Of a stretch of DNA of 64,000 bases, positions 1-10,335 are shown piece by piece (positions within the stretch are counted from its first letter, which is position 1; every line of letters starts with the position of its first letter). The stretch is from the NCBI GenBank assembly GCA_964437755.1, contig CAYTIA010000005.1, forward strand, positions 802-64,801, given 5' to 3'. Both the position numbers and the translations under genes were made by a program. The stretch is from an uncultured Pseudomonadales bacterium. GTDB lineage: Bacteria > Patescibacteriota > Microgenomatia > UBA1400 > PJMF01. The notes beneath the pieces were generated by a model. That model saw nothing but the letters and a program-made list of their open reading frames with translations, had not been told where the DNA came from and did no database searches.

Positions 1-548
1 AATCCACTCTTTTTGCCAGACGTGGTTTGTAAGAATATTTCTGGTGACAACTTGAGGATGATGGATTAGCAAGCACTCGAAAATAAACTGCTGTTTTCTA
101 GGAAGAAAAATAGGTTTTTTATAAAAGAATAAATGGTGAGTATTAAGATCAAACTTAAAATGACCTTTTCCAGAAAAGTAGCTTTCCTTTAAACAATCTC
201 TCCGAATTAGTGCATTGATTCTTGCCATAAGCTCATTTTTATTGAATGGCATTTTTATAAACTCATCTCCTCCACAGTTTAGAATTTGGGAAACCCTGTG
301 GTTTGAGTTGTTCTTCCCAATAGTTAGAATTGGAGCTTGGATTCCTTGCAATCTTATTTTTCTAATCAATCTTAAGCTAGTAAAATTACTGCTGAGGAGA
401 GCAACAATTACAATTTGATAGTGATTATTTGTGACTAAATTAAGTCCCTCGTCATAACTTTTTACGTAATCAACAAGATAGTGAGAATCCAACGCGATCT
501 TGGTTTTTAAAAGTGAATTACTCGTGGTTCCTATCATCAACAATCGCA
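1..548 (-). CDS. OmpR/PhoB-family response regulator with a degenerate receiver (5' partial, runs off window start)
   Basis: Reverse-strand translation from ATG at 548: MRLLMIGTTSNS...IVIVALLSS...GGDEFIKMPFNKNELMARINALIRR, then a winged-helix region (HHPQVVTRNILTNHVWQKEW). Receiver acidic pocket and phospho-Asp positions are replaced (TT, A). Confidence 0.6.
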
Positions 549-759
549 TAGCTGGATTTCTATAAATAGCTAAAGTTGTTTAGAAGATGATTGTCTTTGT
601 CGGTTTATTTATCAACAAGAATTGTTTGTATCAAATTAATCATAAAAAAAACTTAAAAAAAATGCCAGTTTATGATCACAATGAGTATGATTTGATGTCA
701 GTGTTTATATGATCAGACACTTGAATGAAAATACTTGTTAGAGTAAAGTACTGATCAAC

Positions 760-1377
760 ATGATAAACCTTTTTTTAGCTCACCCCATACTTTTTTTAAT
801 AATTTTTCCTGGAATTTTGTTAACGATAGCTTTCCATGAATATGCTCATTGCTGGACGGCGGATAAGTTGGGCGATCCAACTCCAAGAGTGAAGGGGAGA
901 CTTACTCTAGATCCTCGAGCCCATCTTGATCCATTGGGGGTCTTAGCAATTTTATTGACTCGGTTTGGATGGGGAAAACCAGCACCATATGATCCTTTCA
1001 ATCTTAAAGATCCTGTTCGAGACACAGCTTTAATAGCAGCTTCTGGTGCACTAATTAATTTTTTAATAGCCTGGTTGTTGATAATTATTACTAAGGCTTT
1101 TCCAGTTTCAGGACTATGGTTAATGGCATTAGTACAATTAGCCGCCATAAACATATATTTAGCTCTTTTTAACCTTATTCCGGTTAAACCCCTCGATGGT
1201 TCAAAAGTATTATTTGCTTTGTTGCCAAAAGAGATGGCCATGGAGTATGAGCAAATAATGGATAAATTTGGGATGATGATTCTTTTGCTTTTAATTATCC
1301 CTTTTGCCGGTGGCCAGGCTCCTGTTGTGCAGTTAATCAGTCCTATTGCTGATTTTTTCTTGAACTTGATGTTTTAA
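760..1377 (+). CDS. M50 family (site-2 protease-like) membrane zinc metalloprotease
   Basis: HEYAH (HExxH) in a TM helix; downstream LIPVKPLDG motif; polytopic hydrophobic profile. Confidence 0.8.
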   Translation: MINLFLAHPILFLIIFPGILLTIAFHEYAHCWTADKLGDPTPRVKGRLTLDPRAHLDPLGVLAILLTRFGWGKPAPYDPFNLKDPVRDTALIAASGALINFLIAWLLIIITKAFPVSGLWLMALVQLAAINIYLALFNLIPVKPLDGSKVLFALLPKEMAMEYEQIMDKFGMMILLLLIIPFAGGQAPVVQLISPIADFFLNLMF

Positions 1378-1437
1378 AGCCCTTAAAGATTCTTTGGTTT
1401 CGATAAAAAATTTAGGTTTATTTAGTAGAATAAAATT

Positions 1438-2694
1438 ATGATTGAAACAGGATCGCAAAGATTTCTTAAGAGCTCATCGGCTGAAATTGAAACACTCACT
1501 CAGCCATTTTTCCCAATTGGTTGTCCTGGAAAAGACGACACAGCCTGGATTGAAGTACAAACAAAAACACTTGAAGTTTATGAAACCCTTTTGTCTGATC
1601 TCAAAGAGAAAGGCTTAGAAGTAGGAGATATTAAGGATGCTCTCCCAAAAAATTATAGAAAAGTTGATTATTTTGTAGCAGACTATCATGCTCATGTGTC
1701 TCAAGTGTTACAGGTGATTAATAAGGTGTTGCTGAGCGTTGGAACTGAAGAACAAATCAATACTATTGTTTTTCTTGATAAGAGTGGCAGAATTGTAGCC
1801 CACTTGTTCAAATCTATGTGGAATGATTTAGTGAATATGGGGTTAATTAATAGGTCTGACAAATGTCCAAAGATCCGATTTTTAAATGATGGTTATGATA
1901 ACTGGCAGAAAAGGAAAAGAATTAGTTCTATGCATGTTATTGATTATATAAAAAGAATTGCGGGTAGGAGTAGTGTGTTAATTGTAGATGAAGTAATATC
2001 GTCTGGTACAACGATTCGCTCTGCATTAGATAATTTTGAGATTGCTGGGGTCAATATCTTGGGGGGTATGTCAGCTTACCACTTTACTCCTCAATGGTAT
2101 GGGGAAAATGATGGAGTTAAGGGAGTAGATGATGTACCCATACAAGAAGAAACCTATGATGCTTTTGAAAAGTTATCTGAGCGAGAGTTCATTTTTTTTA
2201 AAGATATTATTAACAGATTGAGAGAATCAAATTTATTTGAAGAAATTATCCCTCCTTTGATCCAAGGTAAACTAGATGGGATATCGGAGATGTTAGGACG
2301 TGAGCCTTTGAGTTTTTCGACAGAAGAGATAGAGAGAGTAAAGGACATCATTAATAAAATTAAATTTGATCTAATGAACGCTGCTCCATCTAGAGAGGGG
2401 AAACTAGATTATGCGGTAAAGCAAATTTTCTTGTATTTCAAATACTATGCTGGATATTTAGCACAACCCTTTAGTACATCAAAAGAGAGAAGAACAGGTT
2501 ATTTATACAGAAGAGTCTTAAGAGAGATGATTAGAGAATCTACAAAACATTTTTATCTAACCAAAGAAAAAGATGAGCAAGAATTTTCAGACACCGAGTC
2601 GTTCTGCAAGGATGATGTGTTAGAAATGATGGTGCAAACAGACGGAAAGTTAGCAAGATTGTTAAATATGATTAAGAATTTATTTAGTAAATAG
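1438..2694 (+). CDS. Phosphoribosyltransferase-domain protein with long C-terminal extension
   Basis: PRPP-binding motif VLIVDEVISSGTTIRSA; about 200-aa C-terminal region without recognisable motifs. Confidence 0.5.
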   Translation: MIETGSQRFLKSSSAEIETLTQPFFPIGCPGKDDTAWIEVQTKTLEVYETLLSDLKEKGLEVGDIKDALPKNYRKVDYFVADYHAHVSQVLQVINKVLLSVGTEEQINTIVFLDKSGRIVAHLFKSMWNDLVNMGLINRSDKCPKIRFLNDGYDNWQKRKRISSMHVIDYIKRIAGRSSVLIVDEVISSGTTIRSALDNFEIAGVNILGGMSAYHFTPQWYGENDGVKGVDDVPIQEETYDAFEKLSEREFIFFKDIINRLRESNLFEEIIPPLIQGKLDGISEMLGREPLSFSTEEIERVKDIINKIKFDLMNAAPSREGKLDYAVKQIFLYFKYYAGYLAQPFSTSKERRTGYLYRRVLREMIRESTKHFYLTKEKDEQEFSDTESFCKDDVLEMMVQTDGKLARLLNMIKNLFSK

Positions 2695-2755
2695 CGGGTG
2701 TTTAATCTTTACTCCTATTTACATCTAAAAACTTGGATGATACAATCTCTCAGTT

Positions 2756-2989
2756 ATGAAAAGTTATGATCTCAAATATCCATCGGTGGCAAGCATTGGT
2801 CACAATGTTTCTCACGCTAAAAATAGAACCTCTCGTGCTTTTAAGAGAAATTTGCACACTGTAACCCTAATGGTTGACGGTATTCGTAAGCGCTATAAGG
2901 TTCCTACAAAAGTGTTACGAGTCATGAAAAAACAGGGAGTAACTACTCACTGGAAAAATCCTCTTGTAGATTCAAAAGCGACCGATTAA
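2756..2989 (+). CDS. rpmB: 50S ribosomal protein L28
   Basis: GHNVSHAKNRTSRAFKRNLHTVTL matches the L28 core; length 77 aa. Confidence 0.8.
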   Translation: MKSYDLKYPSVASIGHNVSHAKNRTSRAFKRNLHTVTLMVDGIRKRYKVPTKVLRVMKKQGVTTHWKNPLVDSKATD

Positions 2990-3975
2990 TACTGTTTTTC
3001 TTGATCTATTACCACGTTTTTTACCTGATTCCAGCTAGATATTTCTTGACCCTCAATTTTAACTCTTTCAAGAATAAGTTTACTGTTTAAGCCTTCTGCT
3101 AGAACATTACACTCAAAAATTTGCATTCTTTTCTCTCCCTTTGTTGTTGGAATGGTTGTCCAGAGTAATGGCCAAGGTTGGAAAGCTTGGCAAGCACGAG
3201 CTACAACTTCGGGCCAGAGTTCAGAAGAAGTTTGTTGAAGCACATCTTTAATAAGAGATTCTTCCAATGAACTACAGTCAGCGAATACTTGCTGATTATT
3301 GAATAAACTTGATAGAAACTTCCAACTAATAAAAGCATCGTTTTTCAAGATTTTTCTGGCATAAGGAGTGGGTGAAGCAATGGGCTGCGTCTTTTCTTGT
3401 TTTGGGTTTTGTTGATATTGGTCAATCCAATTAGCCATATGATTACAAACTAACTCAAAACTATGTTGATAATAATTTTCGGCGTTCCAGCTCTCTTCAA
3501 CAAGAAATTCAACTTGATTGATTATTGGCCCAGCATCAAGTTCTGAAGTAATTCTAATTAGTGTAACTGCTGATTTTTTGTCTCCATGAAGAATGACAAA
3601 CTGTCCTGGTGAACTACCTCGCCATTTGGGTAGAGCAGACGGATGGATGTTTATAGGGGTTAGTTTAGGAAATGATAAAAGCCAGTTGGGAATAAAGTAT
3701 CCAAAATCAACGACTAATAAAAAATCTGGTTGTGGGAAATCAGGATTAATCTGATCAATTTTTTTATCAATCAATTGAAAATTAATTTGATTTTTGATTG
3801 CCCACTGATGAAGTGGATTGCTGAATATCTCTTGTTTTCTACCTACTTTTTTGGGAGAAGGGGTTAAGATCCAGCAGATATTGAATCTTGAATCATTAGC
3901 AAGAGCTTGAGCTACCATTAAGCTGTGTTTGGTGCTACCAGCTATGGCTATCTGTATTGTTGGGGAGATGCTCAT
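2986..3975 (-). CDS. fmt: Methionyl-tRNA formyltransferase
   Basis: Formyltransferase N-domain with NIHPSALPKWRGSSP motif and an Fmt C-terminal domain; immediately downstream of def. Confidence 0.85.
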   Translation of the reverse strand: MSISPTIQIAIAGSTKHSLMVAQALANDSRFNICWILTPSPKKVGRKQEIFSNPLHQWAIKNQINFQLIDKKIDQINPDFPQPDFLLVVDFGYFIPNWLLSFPKLTPINIHPSALPKWRGSSPGQFVILHGDKKSAVTLIRITSELDAGPIINQVEFLVEESWNAENYYQHSFELVCNHMANWIDQYQQNPKQEKTQPIASPTPYARKILKNDAFISWKFLSSLFNNQQVFADCSSLEESLIKDVLQQTSSELWPEVVARACQAFQPWPLLWTTIPTTKGEKRMQIFECNVLAEGLNSKLILERVKIEGQEISSWNQVKNVVIDQEKQY

Positions 3976-3983
3976 GTTATTGA

Positions 3984-4568
3984 CTAAAAAGATTTTAGTA
4001 ACTGTCTGTCTTCAAAAGGGATGAGTTGATCATTTTCGACTAAATAAATCGGTAGTCTGTGTTTTAGGACGTGATCGGTAAACAAAATGCCATTGAGATG
4101 ATCAATTTCATGTTGAACAATTCTAGCTTTATAGTCTTTAAAAACTTGTTTCTTAGTAATGAGTTTGTCACCTTCGACAATTTGATATTCCATCTCAACC
4201 CAGCTCCAACGAGGAACTGCCCCAAATAGTCTTGGTACTGAAAGGCATCCCTCTAAATCTGGTTTTTTAGAATTTCTGCCCACAACCATTTCATTACTAT
4301 GTGAAATAATCTTAGGATTAAAAAAGACTTTAACTGAATCTAGGCCTTTTTTATTTTTGTCAGGTCTGTAGGCAAAACCGCTAATTGACTTGTTGATTTG
4401 GGGGAAAGCTAGACCTACTCCCTCAGGATCTTTTTCAAGAAATAAACTTTCAATCAACAACTTAATATTTTGTTGCAGTTTTTTATCTACGACGATGACA
4501 GTTTTAGCCACTTTTCTTAAAGTTGGATGTGGTGCGGTAATGACATTCATGCGCCTATTATAACTCAA
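3984..4568 (-). CDS. def: Peptide deformylase
   Basis: EGCLSVP and QHEIDHLNG motifs. The true start may be the internal MNVITAPHPTLRKVAK. Confidence 0.85.
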   Translation of the reverse strand: MSYNRRMNVITAPHPTLRKVAKTVIVVDKKLQQNIKLLIESLFLEKDPEGVGLAFPQINKSISGFAYRPDKNKKGLDSVKVFFNPKIISHSNEMVVGRNSKKPDLEGCLSVPRLFGAVPRWSWVEMEYQIVEGDKLITKKQVFKDYKARIVQHEIDHLNGILFTDHVLKHRLPIYLVENDQLIPFEDRQLLKSF

Positions 4569-5232
4569 CAGATATTTGATAATCAGAAAGTTCTAATACT
4601 TTTTCCTCAATTTGATGCTGAGAAAGAGATTTCAGATCAATCTTTGTGTGTTGATTTAGTTGATCCTCTAACTGAGTTGACCAGTTTAGCCATTTTTTAT
4701 AAAGAGAGTTATTATTCCAATCTGGATTCCGGTGACAGTATCTTTCTTTGAGATTTTTAATTCTTTGAGTGACAGACACAATTCCCCATGGAGCTACTCT
4801 TAAATCGGAATAAAAAACAATTTTCTCATTCCAGTTTTCTGAGTCTAGTAGTGTTGGTAAAAAATCAAATGAGTGATTATCAAGAAGCTGGATAATCTGT
4901 TTATCTACACGTAGTTTTTTGAGAATGAGAATGTTGGCAATATCCGCATTGTCTCCATAAAGATCAATCATCTGTTTTTGAACAATAACGAGTTTTTCTA
5001 GTTCTTGTTTCGAATATAATTTTTTGACTTGGCTAGAGCCAAGCTCAAACTTAATTACATTACCAATGTCGTGAAGAAGTAGGGCAGAAATGACCTGGTT
5101 TTGATCAATAGCTGATCCTGACCAGTTCTCAATAGCTAAGGCTCCAATTGAGGTTACCCACAACATATGCATGGCGAGATTTTTTGGGATATGAAATTTC
5201 AGGTAAATTTGGTTAATTGGAACTTTTTTCAT
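4558..5232 (-). CDS. HD-domain phosphohydrolase
   Basis: LLHDIGN motif (His-Asp doublet); about 220 aa. Confidence 0.55.
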   Translation of the reverse strand: MKKVPINQIYLKFHIPKNLAMHMLWVTSIGALAIENWSGSAIDQNQVISALLLHDIGNVIKFELGSSQVKKLYSKQELEKLVIVQKQMIDLYGDNADIANILILKKLRVDKQIIQLLDNHSFDFLPTLLDSENWNEKIVFYSDLRVAPWGIVSVTQRIKNLKERYCHRNPDWNNNSLYKKWLNWSTQLEDQLNQHTKIDLKSLSQHQIEEKVLELSDYQISVEL

Positions 5233-5247
5233 TGTCTAAAGATAATT

Positions 5248-7455
5248 TTAACACTCTAATAGATTAACTTTTTGTTTGAGGTTTTGATCGTTGGGAATAA
5301 TATTTTTCAAAATATATTTGTATTGTTCTTTTGCTTGTAGGCAGTCTCCACTCTCCTCGAATATTTGTCCAAGTTTATAACGGGCCTCGTGATAATTTGG
5401 CTTGAGTTCGATTGCTTTAATAATTGTATTTATAGAATCTTCTTGTTTACCCATAGATAACTCTATCTTTGCTTGATGAAAAACTAGTTTTGGATGTGTG
5501 GGTGCCATTTTTTGAGCTGTTAGCAGAGTTTTGTGGGCATCTTCTAGATAAGAAATATCAATTAGGGCTAGTTTTGAAAAAATACTGGCTCTTGTTTGAT
5601 AAAAGTTTAGATGAACAGAGTTTAGTTCAAGAGTTTTATCGCTTGTTTTGATTGCAAGATCGGCAAACTCTCTCGCAAGCTCGGGGTTTTCTAGTTGCAG
5701 AAACTCGACGGCTATTGAGGCATAGGTATTAGCCAACTCATCATAAAACAATGCTTCTTTTGGAGATAAAAGAATGGCTTTTTGTAGGTAATCTACTCCA
5801 GATTGATACTCTGATGCCTGGATTAATGTTTTACCTTTAGTAAAAAAATAATCTGCTTGCCAAATGCTGGCAACAGAAATCAATGAATGAACTGTAATTA
5901 ATGACAAGCAGATCAGGGTTAGTAATTGAAAGAGAGTTGGCTTTTGATCAAGTTGGGTCTTTTTTATTGTGCGGGGGCAAGAGAGAATTGCTAGATAAGC
6001 AAACAGTAAGTAGTTTAGTACACCAATCATAACAGTAGAAAACCCAAAAAAGTTGGTGATATTGATCGCCAAAATACTTAAGATTATGACAAAAAGCTCT
6101 GTTTGTCTTTGTTGATTGACACTAAATTTCTCTATCAATTTTATAGCAAGAACAATACTGACAATTTGTACAATTAAATATGAGATTAATCCCACCAAAC
6201 CAGTATTTGCTAAGGTATTGAGAAGTTCATTGTGTGCTTTGTTGTACAAAAAATCCCATTCTGACAGAGTGTTGTGCTCAAGAGGGCGGTCAAGGTAATA
6301 GCTATAAGCAAAAGTTTCTGGACCAGAACCAAAAACTGGATATCTTTGCCAGATTTTTATAGCTCCTTTCCAGACAACTAAACGAATATTTTCCGAAGGA
6401 GTAATTAAAACTCCTTGGTCCGTGCTGCTGTTGGCTAAAAATTGCTGAGAGAAAGAGTTTTCTTTGATTAATCCTACTATTTTAATATGGCTAAGTATTG
6501 GTAATGAGGGAAGAGGAAAGTTAACAAATACGAGCGTGGTCACTAGAAAAAATCCTAGCAGAATCAGCATTATTTTTTGTTTTTGTTCAAACAATTTTAG
6601 AAAAAAGCCAACAATCTTCTTTTTATACTTAAAGACAAAGAATAGAACTGTAGAAAATGTTACCGCCAGTATCCCAGAACGTGATTGAGTAAAAATAGTG
6701 GCAATGAAAATGAAGATTGACCCGCACAGCCAAAACATTTTTTGAGTTTTATGGCTAAAAAATTCAGCTGATTTTTCTTGGAGAAAATAATAGTACAAAG
6801 AAAAAGGAAAGAGTGTTGCCAGATATGCTGCTAACCAATTTGGTTGTCCGAAAGTAGCGAATACTCTTGATTGCACATCCTGAACCCAACAACTTACATC
6901 AAATTTTTGTCTTAATAGAATACAACTTGGGGAAACACCAAGTTTTTCAGGTATGGCATAGACACTTACAATTATTGAGGCAATTAATGCTGATTTAATC
7001 AATGTTTGAATCTGTTTTTGATTAAAGTTGTTAACAATTAAGAAAAAATGAAATGAGTAAACGATTGTTGACAACAGTCCTCCGTGAAATCTGGTGTAAT
7101 AACCAAAAAACGAGGTTCTGGGATGAATAGAAAAAATTGTGGAGATGACTTGACTTAACAAGAATATTAATATGGGTAAATTGAGTAGATTTTGTTTAAA
7201 CCTTATTTTTTTATTTAGTATTATTTGAGTAAGCCATAATAAAGCTAGTTGAGTTGTAAAGAAATAAACTACCTGCATCTTGTTAAACTCAAATAACTCT
7301 TCGTTTACACTTGTAAAAATAAATGGAGTTACTATTACAGATAAGTTTGTTAAAAAGAAAGTTAATCTTCTAATTATTAATGTATTTTTTTTCATTATTT
7401 TCATTGTCTTGATTTTAATTATACTCCGTGAGGTTCTTTTAGGAAAAAATATCAA
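5248..7455 (-). CDS. O-antigen ligase (Wzy_C)-like polytopic membrane protein with C-terminal TPR repeats
   Basis: More than 10 predicted TM helices with a large periplasmic loop, followed by TPR-like repeats (YxxLGxxYxxxG pattern) in the last 230 aa or so. Confidence 0.5.
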   Translation of the reverse strand: MIFFPKRTSRSIIKIKTMKIMKKNTLIIRRLTFFLTNLSVIVTPFIFTSVNEELFEFNKMQVVYFFTTQLALLWLTQIILNKKIRFKQNLLNLPILIFLLSQVISTIFSIHPRTSFFGYYTRFHGGLLSTIVYSFHFFLIVNNFNQKQIQTLIKSALIASIIVSVYAIPEKLGVSPSCILLRQKFDVSCWVQDVQSRVFATFGQPNWLAAYLATLFPFSLYYYFLQEKSAEFFSHKTQKMFWLCGSIFIFIATIFTQSRSGILAVTFSTVLFFVFKYKKKIVGFFLKLFEQKQKIMLILLGFFLVTTLVFVNFPLPSLPILSHIKIVGLIKENSFSQQFLANSSTDQGVLITPSENIRLVVWKGAIKIWQRYPVFGSGPETFAYSYYLDRPLEHNTLSEWDFLYNKAHNELLNTLANTGLVGLISYLIVQIVSIVLAIKLIEKFSVNQQRQTELFVIILSILAINITNFFGFSTVMIGVLNYLLFAYLAILSCPRTIKKTQLDQKPTLFQLLTLICLSLITVHSLISVASIWQADYFFTKGKTLIQASEYQSGVDYLQKAILLSPKEALFYDELANTYASIAVEFLQLENPELAREFADLAIKTSDKTLELNSVHLNFYQTRASIFSKLALIDISYLEDAHKTLLTAQKMAPTHPKLVFHQAKIELSMGKQEDSINTIIKAIELKPNYHEARYKLGQIFEESGDCLQAKEQYKYILKNIIPNDQNLKQKVNLLEC

Positions 7456-7568
7456 ACTAAAACTCCTAAGAAAATAATTCTTGATGTGCTGCTTCTTGTG
7501 CTTATGTATTTAAATGATTTATAGTAAAGATATAAGTATTCTTTTCTACTTTTATTAAGAAATTCCCA

Positions 7569-10163
7569 ATGCAAACAGATAATTTTTTACATCAACCTCC
7601 ACAAAATCTAAATCCCAATAGTAGTAGTCTTCAAACAACTCAATCAGTTTTTGGTCAACATTCTCAACCAGAACAGCAGGAAACAACAAAATTTAGAAGA
7701 AATCAAGGTGATTTTTCAAGAAATAAATCAAAACTTTTTTTAGGTGGATTAGTTCTTTCATTGTTTATGGTTGCTGGAGGTGTGGCCTACCATTTATCTC
7801 AACAAGCAGGAATTGGTGAGATCAGACAACAAGCTAGTGTTGGCTCAGAGGGTTGGATTGCCTTTTCTGCCAAAACAGCTACTGGCACAACTCAAATCTT
7901 CTCCATGAAAGAAGATAATGGAGATTTTAAGGTACTATCATCAGAAATAAATGGCGAATCTTCGAAACATGTTTCTTATTCTCCTGACGGAAGTAAGGCT
8001 GTTTATACTTCCAATAAATCTGGCTCATGGAATATTTACATGATGGATTCCGACGGAGGAAATGAAGAACAGTTAACTACTGACGGAGGAGCTTTCTATC
8101 CAAGTTTTTCTCCTGACGGAAGTAAAGTTGTGTATGTGTTTGAAACCTCTATTGGACCAGCAATAAGTTCGCAAATCAGAGTTAAAAATATTGGAGGATC
8201 AATAACTCCCTTAACAGATGCAGTTCAGGCTAAAATTCATAACCCTCTTTTGATTCAGGGCGGAAGCAAGTTAATTTTTTCTTCAACTCAGATGGGTGGA
8301 ATACCACAAATTTTTTCTTACAATTTAGGAGTTGAAAATTCACCAATTAATCAGCTGACGACATCTGGAGGAAAGCATCCTTCAATGCTTAACAATAATA
8401 CAATTATGTTTGTTGCTCCGATTGACGGAGTTGATCAAATATTTTCCATTGGAATTGACGGCGGGAATTTAACTCAATTGACTTTTGATACAACTTCCCA
8501 TTATGGATATCCTGTGATATCTCCTGATGGTACTCATATAGCTTATGTTGCTTGGAATATTGGGGAGATTCTTCCCACAGTTGCTCCAACAACACCTCCT
8601 ACGGTAGCTCCCACAGCTATTCCCACAGTTGCTCCAACTCCTACAGATGTACCTTGGTGTCTTGCAAGAGGAGAAGAATGTTACAATGGATATTCTGAGG
8701 GTACCTGTTGCTCTGGCTTGTTCTGTAGCTATGATACTGACAATTGTGAGTGTATAGATTCAAACAACTGTCCAGCTCTACCAACAACAACTCCTACGGT
8801 TGCTCCTACAGCTATTCCCACAACAGCGCCTACTCTTACTCCAGTTCCTCACTTGACAATAGCGCCGACAATCCCTGAAGGATCTTGTACAGGCCAGTGT
8901 TTAGGTTCTCCCGGATTTGAGTGTCCAGGAGGAAGTTTTGTCTGTAGCCCAGATGGTTTGGGTTCTTGTAGTTGGACTTGTGGCCAAGGTGATGTTATGG
9001 GAGTAAATACAGCTGACTATCAAATTGTAATTGAAAACTTGAATACTGGTGAGGCTTGGGAGTTTTCACAACCTCATTTGTGGCAAGATGAGTACGTCAA
9101 TAGTGATGAAACAATGTTGTCTCCCAATTCGTGGGTAATTAATTCTCAAACGCCAACAATTTCTCCAGGATTATCTCCAACTGGTCAGCCTGAAGAGCTT
9201 TCATGTGGTGAGTTTGGCTGCATTAGCAACAATGATTGTGAGGGGGATTTAACTTGTGCTGTTTTTGGAGATAATGAAAGAGGTTATTGTAGTGAACAAG
9301 TAAATTTAGATGCTTGTTTAGCTGAGCCAAGTTTAGAGACTTGTTGCGATGAGCCAGCAATATTGACTCCTGATCCAACAAGCGCTCTTACTCCAACTGT
9401 TGTTCCAGAAACATCTCCAACACCGGGCATCTCTGAGCCAGAGGGTAGTGTCGATCTAACTTTATCAATTTCTCTAGACGGGGTACCTTATTGCGAAAAT
9501 ATTGGCACAACATGTTTGGGTAATTCTGACTGTCAAGAAAACAATTTCTGCATTTTGGGAAACTGTTCAGCTTGTTATCACCCCATTTCTTCACACCCAG
9601 CTTTTAGTGGAGGTCAGAGAATAATAAATACCAACGTAACAATACTTCATGCAAAAGCAGGAATTTTTACTAAGAACAATGTGGAATTCGTTTATTCAGA
9701 ACAATCTAGAGCGTTCTCAAATTCAAGTCCAGTAACTTTTGATAATCTGCCAGAAGGCCCCTTCATGATTTATGTTAAGGGTCCAATGCATATGGCAACA
9801 CAATACTGTTATTCTGGGGCTGGAATTAATAACGTTTGTAATTATGAAAGTTTGTTGGCTGCTAATAATATATATCCAACCGTAACACCTCATTTTATTT
9901 ATTTAATACATGGGGCAAACAGTTTGGATTTATCGGCTCGATCTGTTCGAGTAGGAGACTTACCAATTTCTGGTGAGGCTCAGAATGTTCAGGATGGAAA
10001 AGTAAATGTTTTTGATTATTCATTCATGCTTTCTTGTTTGGGAAATAATAGTAAAACCGAGTTTTGTCTTTCTAGAGCTGACGTGGATTTTTCAGGTCAA
10101 GTGAATAATATTGACCTAGGGCTTCTTCGAAAAGCATTTATTGAAACAGTTGATCAAATATAG
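7569..10163 (+). CDS. Membrane-anchored surface protein: TolB-like beta-propeller repeats, Pro/Thr linkers, Cys-rich modules, C-terminal dockerin-like domain
   Basis: One TM segment around aa 55-75; repeated YSPDGSK/FSPDGSK (PD40-type) blades; PTVAPT linkers; CxxC-dense modules; C-terminus DGKVNVFDYSFML...DVDFSGQVNNIDLGLLRKAF resembles a duplicated dockerin calcium-binding segment. Confidence 0.6.
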   Translation: MQTDNFLHQPPQNLNPNSSSLQTTQSVFGQHSQPEQQETTKFRRNQGDFSRNKSKLFLGGLVLSLFMVAGGVAYHLSQQAGIGEIRQQASVGSEGWIAFSAKTATGTTQIFSMKEDNGDFKVLSSEINGESSKHVSYSPDGSKAVYTSNKSGSWNIYMMDSDGGNEEQLTTDGGAFYPSFSPDGSKVVYVFETSIGPAISSQIRVKNIGGSITPLTDAVQAKIHNPLLIQGGSKLIFSSTQMGGIPQIFSYNLGVENSPINQLTTSGGKHPSMLNNNTIMFVAPIDGVDQIFSIGIDGGNLTQLTFDTTSHYGYPVISPDGTHIAYVAWNIGEILPTVAPTTPPTVAPTAIPTVAPTPTDVPWCLARGEECYNGYSEGTCCSGLFCSYDTDNCECIDSNNCPALPTTTPTVAPTAIPTTAPTLTPVPHLTIAPTIPEGSCTGQCLGSPGFECPGGSFVCSPDGLGSCSWTCGQGDVMGVNTADYQIVIENLNTGEAWEFSQPHLWQDEYVNSDETMLSPNSWVINSQTPTISPGLSPTGQPEELSCGEFGCISNNDCEGDLTCAVFGDNERGYCSEQVNLDACLAEPSLETCCDEPAILTPDPTSALTPTVVPETSPTPGISEPEGSVDLTLSISLDGVPYCENIGTTCLGNSDCQENNFCILGNCSACYHPISSHPAFSGGQRIINTNVTILHAKAGIFTKNNVEFVYSEQSRAFSNSSPVTFDNLPEGPFMIYVKGPMHMATQYCYSGAGINNVCNYESLLAANNIYPTVTPHFIYLIHGANSLDLSARSVRVGDLPISGEAQNVQDGKVNVFDYSFMLSCLGNNSKTEFCLSRADVDFSGQVNNIDLGLLRKAFIETVDQI
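8586..8627 (+). repeat. 42-bp Pro/Thr-linker coding repeat, copy 1 (copy 2 at 8781..8822, about 88% identical)
   Basis: ccaacaacacctcctacggtagctcccacagctattcccaca versus ccaacaacaactcctacggttgctcctacagctattcccaca. Confidence 0.8.
8781..8822 (+). repeat. 42-bp Pro/Thr-linker coding repeat, copy 2
   Basis: See copy 1; direct repeat within the same CDS. Confidence 0.8.
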
Positions 10164-10335
10164 AGAATTCAGATATTCTGGCCAAGAACCTTACAGAAAG
10201 TAGAAATATTTTTTTTTACTTCTTCCCACAGTTCAGTGATTTCTGATATATTAATTATAGAACCAGGAACTGTTTGGTGTCTTTTAAATCACCATTCATC
10301 AACCTTGGGATCATTACTAATAAAGAAAACTGCCT

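Noticed and set aside
846-1241. 131-aa minus-strand ORF inside the M50 protease gene
   Set aside because: Antisense to a gene with clear HExxH/LDG motifs; no motifs of its own.
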